A stretch of DNA of 32,000 bases from Telmatocola sphagniphila (GCF_018398935.1 NZ_CP074694.1:1410001-1442000), one strand, 5' to 3'; shown: positions 8,631 through 16,663, numbered from the stretch's first letter. Made by a program: numbers and translations. The notes: generated by a model from the letters alone, not told the origin.

Positions 8631-9383
8631 ATGAAGATGTCTGCACGTCCAGTCATTGGTATCAACGCTGATTTCTTTAACGCCTCAAAAACCTATTCAG
8701 CCCACGCCCGCGTTAACGCGGGGTATTTCGATGCCATTCTGCACGCGGGGGGCTTGCCGGTCATTATTCCCCCCTTGGGCAAAGAAGCGGATATCTCGGA
8801 AATGCTCGACATGCTGGACGGTGTCCTGCTGACTGGTGGATTGGATATCGATCCTCGCCGCAACGGCCAACCCGCCCATCCAACTGTTCAACCCATGGCC
8901 GAACGCCGCGAAATGAACGATAAAATTCTCATCCAGAAAATCGTCGAACGAAAGATGCCGGTCCTGGCTATTGGCGTCGGAATGCAGCAACTGAACGTCT
9001 ATCTGGGTGGTACTCTTTTTATGCACATCCCAAATGATGTGCCCAAGGCCATGCCCCATTTCGACGCGACTGGCGGTCCGCATCGCCATATCGTGCTTCT
9101 CGAAGCCGATTCTAAAATTGAGGATCTTTATGGGACTAACGAATTGCGAGTGAATTCCCGCCATCATCAGGCAGTCGATCAGGTAGCTCCGCGTCTTCGC
9201 GTTGGGGCTCGTTGCCCCGATGGGATTATCGAATCGATCGAATCGATTGATCCCAACTGGTTCTGCATGGGTTTACAGTGGCATCCGGAAGCCGATACCG
9301 CCTCGGCGCTGGATCTGCAATTATTCGACTGCTTCGTTCAGTCCTCGGTGAGAAGTTCAGATCGTCTCCAACTGGCAGCTTAG
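8631..9383 (+). CDS. gamma-glutamyl-GABA hydrolase (PuuD) / peptidase C26 class-I glutamine amidotransferase family homolog lacking the nucleophile Cys
   Basis: 250-aa ORF with GGAGGG upstream. It is collinear with PuuD (HAGGLP, LDGVLLTGG, LQWHPE). The G-I-C-R-G-L-Q nucleophile elbow reads A-I-G-V-G-M-Q here. Confidence 0.85.
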   Translation: MKMSARPVIGINADFFNASKTYSAHARVNAGYFDAILHAGGLPVIIPPLGKEADISEMLDMLDGVLLTGGLDIDPRRNGQPAHPTVQPMAERREMNDKILIQKIVERKMPVLAIGVGMQQLNVYLGGTLFMHIPNDVPKAMPHFDATGGPHRHIVLLEADSKIEDLYGTNELRVNSRHHQAVDQVAPRLRVGARCPDGIIESIESIDPNWFCMGLQWHPEADTASALDLQLFDCFVQSSVRSSDRLQLAA

Positions 9384-9396
9384 AGTTTTTCAGCTA

Positions 9397-9415
9397 TGGG
9401 TTCTAGTGTAGTGTC
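9397..9415 (+). repeat. IS630 left terminal inverted repeat
   Basis: TGGGTTCTAGTGTAGTGTC matches the reverse complement of the right end, apart from a 6-nt insertion in the right copy. Confidence 0.8.
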
Positions 9416-9477
9416 CCAGAAATAGCGTTACTTTTAGCTCCTTTTTGCGGTTTACTCTATAGAGGAGGAGAAAACCC

Positions 9478-10562
9478 ATGAAAGTCGCGCTGCCAATCTT
9501 ACTTTCTGACGAGGAACGACAAACTTTGACTTCTTGGTCTCGGGGACGAAGTACTCCCGCTCGGCTGGTCCTGCGGGCGAAGATCATACTCGCAGCGGCC
9601 GCGGGTGTACGGAACAAGGACATTGCTGAGGAATGCGGCACGTCGAAGCCCACGGTGGCGCGCTGGCGGACCCGATTTGCGAAGCTGCGTTTGGCGGGTA
9701 TCGAACGGGACGCTTCGCGGCCGGGTCGAACGCCAGCGATCAGCCGGAAAGTCGTCGAAGAAATTCTCCGCAAGACCACTCAGGAGAAACCATCCGGTGC
9801 GACTCATTGGAGCACACGAACGATGGCCCAAGAGGTAGGAGTGAGCAAAGCCACCGTGCAGCGGGTCTGGTCGTCCCACGGTCTGAAGCCTCATTTGCAT
9901 AAGACCTTCAAGGTATCGAATGATCCTCAATTCGCCGAGAAACTGTGGGATGTAGTGGGCTTGTACTTGAACCCTCCCGAGCACGCCCTGGTGCTCAGTT
10001 GCGATGAGAAGAGTCAGATACAAGCCCTTGATCGCACGCAAAAAGCTTGCCCATGGTACCCGGCCGTTGCGGCACTCTGACTCACGATTACATGCGTCAT
10101 GGCACCACCACTCTGTTCGCGGCTTTGAACGTGGCCGAGGGAATTGTGATTGGCGAGTGCATGCCGCGACATCGACACCAGGAATGGATCAAGTTTCTCA
10201 AACGGATCGAGACGGCCACCGATCCGTCCTTGGATTTGCATTTGATCGTGGATAACTACGCTACGCATAAGCATCCCAAAGTTAAGCGTTGGCTAGCCCG
10301 GCATCCTCGATTCCACATGCATTTCATCCCCACGAGTAGTTCCTGGATGAATCTGGTGGAGCGTTGGTTTCGCGACTTGACGGACAAACGACTGCGTCGA
10401 GGGACATTTCGAAGCGTGCCGCAATTAATCCAGGCGATTGAAGGCTACATCGATCATCACAACAACACAGGAAAGGGATTCCAGTGGACCGCCAAAGCCG
10501 AGGCTATTCTGGAGAAAGTCCGCCGGGCGAGGGCTACCTTGGATAAAACACATTCTGTGTGA
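9478..10562 (+). CDS. IS630-family transposase (orfA 9478-10080; orfAB fusion through a -1 shift near 10040-10045)
   Basis: GAGGAGGA SD upstream. The N-terminus has HTH-type features. The first D is in [12 protein letters not shown], the second in [10 protein letters not shown], and the E in NLVERWF 35 residues later. The downstream frame continues as ...[28 protein letters not shown], typical of this family. Confidence 0.8.
10040..10045 (+). other. candidate -1 frameshift (slippery) site A-AAA-G
   Basis: This is the only homopolymer run in the orfA/orfB overlap. A Lys-tRNA slip from AAA (10042-10044) to AAA (10041-10043) joins the two frames without a stop. Confidence 0.5.
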
Positions 10563-10587
10563 GACACTACACTAGTGTGTTAACCCA
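10563..10587 (-). repeat. IS630 right terminal inverted repeat
   Basis: GACACTACACTAGTGTGTTAACCCA. The reverse complement is TGGGTT-AACACA-CTAGTGTAGTGTC. Confidence 0.8.
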
Positions 10588-10647
10588 TAGCTAGCGAGAC
10601 TCAATCCACGCTTAAAATATTTGAGACTCTTTTTCCATCCATCACTA

Positions 10648-10677
10648 GGCAGATGCGGCTTCCGGAAGGCATCTGCC
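10648..10677. repeat. 30-nt GC-rich inverted repeat / stem-loop
   Basis: GGCAGATGC-ggcttccggaag-GCATCTGCC gives a 9-bp perfect stem. The inner CTT...AAG can extend it. No U-tract follows on either strand. Confidence 0.6.
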
Positions 10678-10857
10678 CGATCATAGTCATGAAACCGAGT
10701 GTCCCTGAATTTGCAAGATTGGGGTTCATCACTCGGGTTTCCATGATCTTAGCATTATTGGGTAATGCGACAGCGATAGATAGAGAGCCAAATGCAAAAT
10801 GTCTTGATGGAATACCCGAGCGTTTATCCATCTGATTGGCCGATCCCCCAGAGTCTA

Positions 10858-11112
10858 CTACTCGATAATTGAAAAAATCTGATTGATCCGACGTTGCGGA
10901 GAATCGATGACATAGCGTTCGTCCGCAGAATTAAAGCGGGATCTTAATCGAGTATCGGCATCTAACAGACCCCTTTGCCCTACCGGACCATTACCGAGAG
11001 CTTGCTGATTTTGCTGCTCAATCCGGTTCTCCAAATCGAAGATTCGATAAGTGTTGAAAATCTTAATTGCGAGTCCGAGAATAGCCGCGATCCCGAAACA
11101 CCACAAAGCCAC
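10858..11112 (-). CDS. small membrane-anchored protein (one N-terminal TM helix), unknown function
   Basis: 84-aa ORF with a GTG start preceded by GGAAGG. The hydrophobic segment is LWCFGIAAILGLAIKIF. It starts 33 nt downstream of the preceding small gene. Confidence 0.45.
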   Translation of the reverse strand: MALWCFGIAAILGLAIKIFNTYRIFDLENRIEQQNQQALGNGPVGQRGLLDADTRLRSRFNSADERYVIDSPQRRINQIFSIIE

Positions 11113-11145
11113 TAAGTATACCTTCCGATCTCTCTGACGGTTCTT

Positions 11146-11322
11146 TTATCGCTTCCGATTGCGGGCGATTCTTTTCGCCTCTTCCGCGGCGGCTTCCTCC
11201 TCAGCCTCATCTACGACGGAGATTGTTTGCGGACATTTTTTGCACTGAATGTCCTTTCCAATAAATTTGTCCGGGATTTTGTAGCTGGTTTTGCAACCGG
11301 GGCAATTGAGAGCGATAGGCAT
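11146..11322 (-). CDS. 58-aa MJ0042-type zinc-ribbon protein with an acidic/basic tail
   Basis: Hand-translated, because it is below the 60-aa track cut-off: MPIALNCPGCKTSYKIPDKFIGKDIQCKKCPQTISVVDEAEEEAAAEEAKRIARNRKR. It shows the CPxC-x16-CxxC ribbon pattern. The upstream region is AT-rich. Confidence 0.55.
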   Translation of the reverse strand: MPIALNCPGCKTSYKIPDKFIGKDIQCKKCPQTISVVDEAEEEAAAEEAKRIARNRKR

Positions 11323-11459
11323 GGCGAGTATCTGAAGAGTGGTATTATTTAATATGATTTATAATTAATATTTAGAAAGTGATTTTGAAAGTTTTTTTCA
11401 GCGGGCAAGTTTCTCTTCAAAGATTCGGGATGGCTTCGACCCACCACACTCTTTGAATC

Positions 11460-11978
11460 TCAAAATGGCTCTTTACAAAGACGTGTGATGTAGCGGAGAA
11501 CATTGCGAACCGAAATGACCCCAATCGGACGTCCCTCTTCCACGATGGGAAGATGCCGATAGCCGCCGAGGTCCATTTTGTGAAGTGCATAAGCGACTGT
11601 ATCGGTGGGCTGCAGTGTTTCTGGCGAAGGGGTCATGTAATCCTCGACCGGCAGCCGCATGTAGTTTTCGATGACACCAAACACTTTCAGTAAGTAATCA
11701 CGTTCCGTCAGAATGCCGATCAATTTGTCGTTGTGGTCGACAACAAGAATTGCCCCATGCTCTGAATCCACCATCAATTGTAAGGCATGCCCGAGTTTGT
11801 CGCCGAGACGAACTTTAACGGTGGAGGTAGGTTTGAGAATAGAGACAGGGTCTTGCATCAGGCGTTGCTCGACATGATTCTGTCCTGTCGGGAGATCAAG
11901 GGGTGCCAGATCTGCACGGCAGCGAGAGCATTCATCCGCTCCGGGAAGATTGGCATGACCGCAGGAAGGACAGAGCAT
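11460..11978 (-). CDS. zinc-ribbon + CBS-pair domain protein
   Basis: 172-aa ORF. The N-terminus has CPSC...CSRC. CBS-pair motifs are GILTERDYL and GGYRHLPIV...GVISVRNVL. Confidence 0.8.
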   Translation of the reverse strand: MLCPSCGHANLPGADECSRCRADLAPLDLPTGQNHVEQRLMQDPVSILKPTSTVKVRLGDKLGHALQLMVDSEHGAILVVDHNDKLIGILTERDYLLKVFGVIENYMRLPVEDYMTPSPETLQPTDTVAYALHKMDLGGYRHLPIVEEGRPIGVISVRNVLRYITRLCKEPF

Positions 11979-12026
11979 TTCGAGCTAACCTTGAGGCTTA
12001 CGGTCTGCTGCAATGCAAACCGCGGG

Positions 12027-13046
12027 TTATTCGACGACCCAAAGATCGTCGTTTTTGAACAACTTTTCCAGATCTCCGGGCCCGCGAGCTTTAATGAGAT
12101 CGTCCATTTGTTTCTGCTGCAATTCTTCGAGGGTAGGTCGCTGCACGGACCTGAGAACTCCAACGCATTCGGGCAGGTCAGGGCAGACCATCCGGCTGAG
12201 CAGGGATGCTAGCGTGGGTTCATCGGCCTTTTCGTCGTGCATCAGAAGATCATCGATCTGAACGCCGTTGCCGATCGCTACCGACTCGAGGCTCAGGCCG
12301 TTCAAGCGAATGCCTTTATTTCGATCCTTACCGTAGATCATAGGCTTACCATGCTCAAGGTACAGGACGTTATCCGATTTCACACTCTTATCGGTGGTGT
12401 ATTCGAAAACGCCATCATTGAAAATTTTGCAGTTTTGGTAGATTTCAATGAAGGCCGAACCTTTATGAGCGGCGGCTCGCTGAAGCGTATTCGTCAGATG
12501 TTGAACGTCGATATCTATGGTGCGTGCGACGAAGCTCGCTTCGGCCGCCAAGGCCACGCTCAACGGTCGAAGTGGTTTGTCGATTGACCCCTGGGGACTG
12601 GACTTGGTCTTGGTTCCCAGACGGGAAGTCGGCGAATACTGGCCCTTGGTCAAGCCGTAGATTTCGTTGTTGAACAGCAGTACTTTGATATCCACATTGC
12701 GACGTAGAGCGTGGATCAGGTGATTGCCGCCAATCGAAAGCCCATCGCCATCGCCGGTGACGACCCAGACCTGAAGGTCTGGCCGAGCCAATCGCAATCC
12801 GGTCGCAAATGTCGGTGCCCGGCCGTGGATGGTGTGGAAGCCGTAGGTGTTCATGTAGTAAGGGAAGCGGCTGGAGCAGCCGATGCCTGACACGAAAACC
12901 ATTTTTTCGCGAGGCACCCCTACGGTGGTAAGAGCTTTTTTCATCTGAGCGAGAATCGAATAATCCCCGCATCCGGGGCACCAGCGAATTTCCTGGTCGC
13001 TGGCCAGATCTTTGGCTGTTAGCGTTGGGAGGGGAGAAGCTGCCAT
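12027..13046 (-). CDS. korB: 2-oxoacid (2-oxoglutarate):ferredoxin oxidoreductase, beta subunit
   Basis: 339-aa ORF with WCPGCGDY near the N-terminus and the TPP motif VVTGDGDGLSIGGNH. Confidence 0.9.
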   Translation of the reverse strand: MAASPLPTLTAKDLASDQEIRWCPGCGDYSILAQMKKALTTVGVPREKMVFVSGIGCSSRFPYYMNTYGFHTIHGRAPTFATGLRLARPDLQVWVVTGDGDGLSIGGNHLIHALRRNVDIKVLLFNNEIYGLTKGQYSPTSRLGTKTKSSPQGSIDKPLRPLSVALAAEASFVARTIDIDVQHLTNTLQRAAAHKGSAFIEIYQNCKIFNDGVFEYTTDKSVKSDNVLYLEHGKPMIYGKDRNKGIRLNGLSLESVAIGNGVQIDDLLMHDEKADEPTLASLLSRMVCPDLPECVGVLRSVQRPTLEELQQKQMDDLIKARGPGDLEKLFKNDDLWVVE

Positions 13047-13084
13047 CGAAATTAACCTCGAATATGAACAATATTTTCGAATAA

Positions 13085-13106
13085 ACGAGCCGGTTAACCG
13101 GCTCGT
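13085..13106 (-). promoter_or_regulatory. intercistronic 22-nt perfect palindrome / terminator-like hairpin between korA and korB
   Basis: ACGAGCCGG-TTAA-CCGGCTCGT. On the coding (minus) strand it is followed by UUAUUCG. Confidence 0.5.
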
Positions 13107-13120
13107 GCGATGTTTGATTT

Positions 13121-15022
13121 TCAGGAGGCGAGCATCTGTTCGATCTTGGCCTCAATTTCGCTCACCAGGAAAGGCTTGCCCTGAATCTTGTTGAGACCCA
13201 CGGCATCCACCAGATATTTGGCGCGAAGTAGCAGCAGTAACTGCCCGGCATTGAGTTCGGGAACCAAGACCTTTTTAAATCGTTTGAGAACTTCACCCGT
13301 ATTCTTGGGCATCGGATTCAAATAACGCAGGTGCGCCAGTCCAACCTTATAACCCTTACGATTCATTCGAGTTACGGCCGTAGTCAAAGAACCGTAAGTT
13401 CCGCCCCAACCGACCACGAGAAGATCGCCACTTTGGCTGCCTTCTACTTCCAGATCGGGTATGGTAGTTGCAATATTGGCGATCTTCTGAGCGCGAGTTT
13501 TCACCATGTGCTCGTGATTGCCGGCCTCATAGTTGACGTTACCGGTCACATCTTCTTTTTCGATGCCACCGATCCGATGTTCGAGCCCGGGAGTTCCCGG
13601 AATCGCCCAGGGCCGCACCAGAAGTTCATTTCGTTTATAGGGCAGGAATTTGCCCAACTCCCCTGCCCCATTTTCATGCCCCTTGACGTCGCCATTACCG
13701 TTTGGAGCTGTGGGATGCGTGATTTTCAGCTGGGGAAGTTTGCTGATATCGGGAATCGACCAGGGTTCGGCACCGTTGGCGATGTAACCATCGGAGAGGA
13801 AGAAAATCGGGGTCATGAATTCGGTGGCGATTCGCACCGCTTCGAAAACCATGTTGAAGCAATCGCCCGGGGAGCGCGGAGCAATAATAGCGACCGGGCA
13901 TTCCCCGTTGCGTCCGTACATCGCCTGCAGCAAATCGGCCTGTTCCGTCTTGGTGGGAAGTCCTGTGCTGGGTCCGCCGCGTTGTACGTCGATGATGACG
14001 AGCGGAAGTTCGGTCATGACCGCCAGGCCGATGGCCTCCGATTTCAGGCAGATTCCGGGACCGGAAGTGCCAGTCACGCCGATGGCTCCGCCGAAAGAAG
14101 CACCGATAGCGACCCCGATCGCGGCGATTTCATCTTCTGCCTGAAGCGTTTTGATGCCGAAACGCTTCATATCGGCGAGTCCTTCGAGAACACTCGAGGC
14201 GGGCGTGATCGGATAGCCTGAGAAGACCATATCCTTGCCGCTGAGTTTCGAAGCAGCAACTAAACCCATCACAATGGCTTCATTACCGGTAATTTTGCGA
14301 TAAACGCCGGGGGCGATTTTAGCTTTGGGCACCTTGTAATGCACCGGCATCACTTCACAAGTTTCGCCGTAATTGTACCCGGCTTTCAAAGTGCGGGTAT
14401 TCGCTTCCAGAACGATGGGATTCTTGCTGAATTTTTCCTGGATCCACTTCAAAGTCGGTTCCATGGGCCGTTCATACATCCAGTAGACCAGACCTAAAGC
14501 AAAGAAGTTTTTGCAGCGATCGGCCTCGCGTGGGCTTAATTTGCATTCCGCCACGGCCTCGCGATTGAGTTTGTTGATAGGTACTCGTATGATCCGGTAG
14601 CCTTTGAGGGAACCGTCTTCGAGTGGGTTGGACTTATAACGAGCTTTGTCGAGTTCGCTGGTTCCAAATGCGTCCGAGTTAACGATCAGAATCCCACCCG
14701 GTTCGAGATCTTTAAGGTTGGTTTTCAAAGCGGCGGGGTTCATGGCAACAAGCGTATTGAGGACGTCGCCGGGTGTATGAATGTCGCTGCTGGAGAAATG
14801 AACCTGAAAACCGGAAACCCCCGCCAAAGTCCCGGCAGGGGCTCGAATTTCGGCCGGGAAATCGGGTAAAGTCGAAATATCGTTACCCATGATTGCGGAA
14901 GCGTTGGTGAATTGAGTTCCGGCCAGCTGCATACCATCTCCAGAGTCTCCCGCGAATCGAATCGTCACAGATTCTAATTCTTGAGAAGCACTCGGGCTCG
15001 GCGCGGTCGTCGTTGAAGACAT
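13121..15022 (-). CDS. korA: 2-oxoacid (2-oxoglutarate):ferredoxin oxidoreductase, alpha subunit
   Basis: About 633 aa. The start is set at ATG 15022 (MSSTTTAPS), preceded by GAGG. It is the typical large alpha subunit of the two-subunit KorAB type. Confidence 0.9.
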   Translation of the reverse strand: MSSTTTAPSPSASQELESVTIRFAGDSGDGMQLAGTQFTNASAIMGNDISTLPDFPAEIRAPAGTLAGVSGFQVHFSSSDIHTPGDVLNTLVAMNPAALKTNLKDLEPGGILIVNSDAFGTSELDKARYKSNPLEDGSLKGYRIIRVPINKLNREAVAECKLSPREADRCKNFFALGLVYWMYERPMEPTLKWIQEKFSKNPIVLEANTRTLKAGYNYGETCEVMPVHYKVPKAKIAPGVYRKITGNEAIVMGLVAASKLSGKDMVFSGYPITPASSVLEGLADMKRFGIKTLQAEDEIAAIGVAIGASFGGAIGVTGTSGPGICLKSEAIGLAVMTELPLVIIDVQRGGPSTGLPTKTEQADLLQAMYGRNGECPVAIIAPRSPGDCFNMVFEAVRIATEFMTPIFFLSDGYIANGAEPWSIPDISKLPQLKITHPTAPNGNGDVKGHENGAGELGKFLPYKRNELLVRPWAIPGTPGLEHRIGGIEKEDVTGNVNYEAGNHEHMVKTRAQKIANIATTIPDLEVEGSQSGDLLVVGWGGTYGSLTTAVTRMNRKGYKVGLAHLRYLNPMPKNTGEVLKRFKKVLVPELNAGQLLLLLRAKYLVDAVGLNKIQGKPFLVSEIEAKIEQMLAS

Positions 15023-15098
15023 AGAAAACCTCATGAAGAAACAACATTCTGCCGCAAGCATTGCTTATTCGGCAGAACATTGGGAGAAATTTCGCCGT

Positions 15099-15566
15099 TC
15101 ACGCTCCCTCCCGTTCGGAAGGCAAGTTTTTCGCGTCGGGGGGCAGGTTGTAAATCGCAGCAGGAAAGTGTTCCACCAGGTAGTGAACAATCCGCTTGAC
15201 TGACAAGATGCCAACCGGAATGTTATTATCGTCCACGACGGGCAGATGGCGATACCCACCCCCCTGCATTTTCTTAATTGCTGTTCGTATGGAATCGCGG
15301 CGATGGACAGTCACGGGCGTAGGAGTCATGCAGTCGTCCATGGTTACAGTCAGCGGCCGACCGGTTCCCATAATGCGATTCAGAAGGTCGCGTTCCGTAA
15401 ATAGGCCGACCAGGCGACCTTTTTCGCAAACGAGGATGCAGCCGACGCGTTCCTGACGCATCAAAGTCACCGCCTCGGAAACCGGACGCGTTACTTCAAT
15501 CTGCCGCGGTGGAGTAGGATCCAGGCGGGAGACCGTATCAACTCGAAGATTACGCGTTAATTCCAT
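15099..15566 (-). CDS. stand-alone CBS-pair domain protein
   Basis: 155-aa ORF with GLFTERDLL and GGYRHLPVV...GILSVKRIV. It lies immediately upstream of korA on the same strand. Confidence 0.8.
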   Translation of the reverse strand: MELTRNLRVDTVSRLDPTPPRQIEVTRPVSEAVTLMRQERVGCILVCEKGRLVGLFTERDLLNRIMGTGRPLTVTMDDCMTPTPVTVHRRDSIRTAIKKMQGGGYRHLPVVDDNNIPVGILSVKRIVHYLVEHFPAAIYNLPPDAKNLPSEREGA

Positions 15567-15807
15567 GACGGTGAGATTTCATTGAGGCGCTGTACAATCG
15601 ATTAGTAAGGAAGGCTGAAATGGAATTCGCAGAGGCGTGGCATCCAACCAACCCGTCGCCTGAATCGGGTATTCCGAGTTCAAAGCGACTAACTTGTTAG
15701 ACCCGCAGCAAAGCAGGACTCCAACATTCTCCTATACTTCTTCAGATGATTTTGCGAGTCTTCACAGAGGCTGGCAAGGTAGAGGGACGATAAGGCTTGG
15801 AATTTTT

Positions 15808-16656
15808 ATGCCGGATCCTCAAAAACTTCTCAAGACCCTGGAACTCGCTCGCTGCAAAATACTCCAAACGGCGGGTCGCTCGGGTCATTTTCTGGAACCG
15901 CAGAAAGTGGATGACATCTTCGTGGTCGGAGACTTGCATGGCAACGTCTCGAATTTCCAGGCCATCTATAAAAAAATTGAACTGGATAAACACCCGGGCA
16001 GACATCTGGTACTGCAAGAATTGATCCACGGAGTCTTTCGCTATCCACAGGGGGGCGATAAGTCCCATCAATTAGTCGATCTCTTCGCCACGCTCAAGTG
16101 CTGCTTCCCCGACCGAGTGCATTATCTGATCGGCAACCACGAACTCGCTCAATGGACGGGTAAAGAGATTTTAAAAAATGAGGAGGACCTGAATCGGCTC
16201 TTCGATAGGGGAATAGAAGAAGCCTATCGCGATTATGCGACGGAGATTCGAACCGCTTACAATTCTCTCTTCGCGATCTGCCCTTTGGGAATTCGGTTAC
16301 CGAATCGGGTCTATATCTGCCACACCCTACCCTCTACTCGACGGATGGAGCAATTTTCACTCGATTTCGTCAAACAGGAAGAATTTCAGCCGGAAGATTT
16401 TCAGACGGGCGGCAAGGTTTACGCGAATCTTTGGGGACGCGATACCACCGCTGAGAATGCGGCTGAATTCCTAAAGCGAGTCGACGCGGATTATCTGGTT
16501 TGCGGCCATATTCCCTGTGAAAAAGGCTATGAATTCCTTTGCGAACGGCTGGTCGTTCTGGATTGTGCGAAAGTGCCCGGCGGATACGTTCACATCCACG
16601 CTTCCACGAACTACTCCCCTTCAACATTCACAAGTATCGCCTTCGTGATAAGCTAA
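15808..16656 (+). CDS. metallophosphoesterase, diverged PPP (Ser/Thr phosphatase-like) family
   Basis: GDLHGN and GNHE motifs are present. The expected GDxVDRG motif reads QELIHG, and the HGG motif is absent. The start is set at ATG 15808; the track ORF begins at TTG 15694. Confidence 0.65.
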   Translation: MPDPQKLLKTLELARCKILQTAGRSGHFLEPQKVDDIFVVGDLHGNVSNFQAIYKKIELDKHPGRHLVLQELIHGVFRYPQGGDKSHQLVDLFATLKCCFPDRVHYLIGNHELAQWTGKEILKNEEDLNRLFDRGIEEAYRDYATEIRTAYNSLFAICPLGIRLPNRVYICHTLPSTRRMEQFSLDFVKQEEFQPEDFQTGGKVYANLWGRDTTAENAAEFLKRVDADYLVCGHIPCEKGYEFLCERLVVLDCAKVPGGYVHIHASTNYSPSTFTSIAFVIS

Positions 16657-16663
16657 TAGGCGT

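Larger units (their letters stand above)
9397..10587 (+). mobile_element. IS630-family insertion sequence (1191 bp), apparently intact
   Basis: Terminal inverted repeats are present. A TA dinucleotide flanks both ends (9395-9396 and 10588-10589), and the reconstructed target is AGCTAGCT. The transposase has a DD35E triad and is split by a frame change at an A5G run. Confidence 0.85.

Noticed and set aside
10601-10835. Two mutually antisense ORFs (76 aa minus, 60 aa plus) next to the IS
   Set aside because: They exclude each other. Neither has an SD or any recognisable motif, and one start codon is buried in the 30-nt hairpin. I treated the region as non-coding.
12463-13155. 230-aa minus-strand ORF overlapping korB in another frame
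   Set aside because: It is an out-of-frame overlap with a confidently identified gene and has Arg/Ser/Pro-rich composition.
13331-14221. 296-aa plus-strand ORF
   Set aside because: It lies entirely antisense to korA, whose motifs are unambiguous. It has low-complexity, Arg/Gly/Ser-rich composition typical of a shadow ORF.
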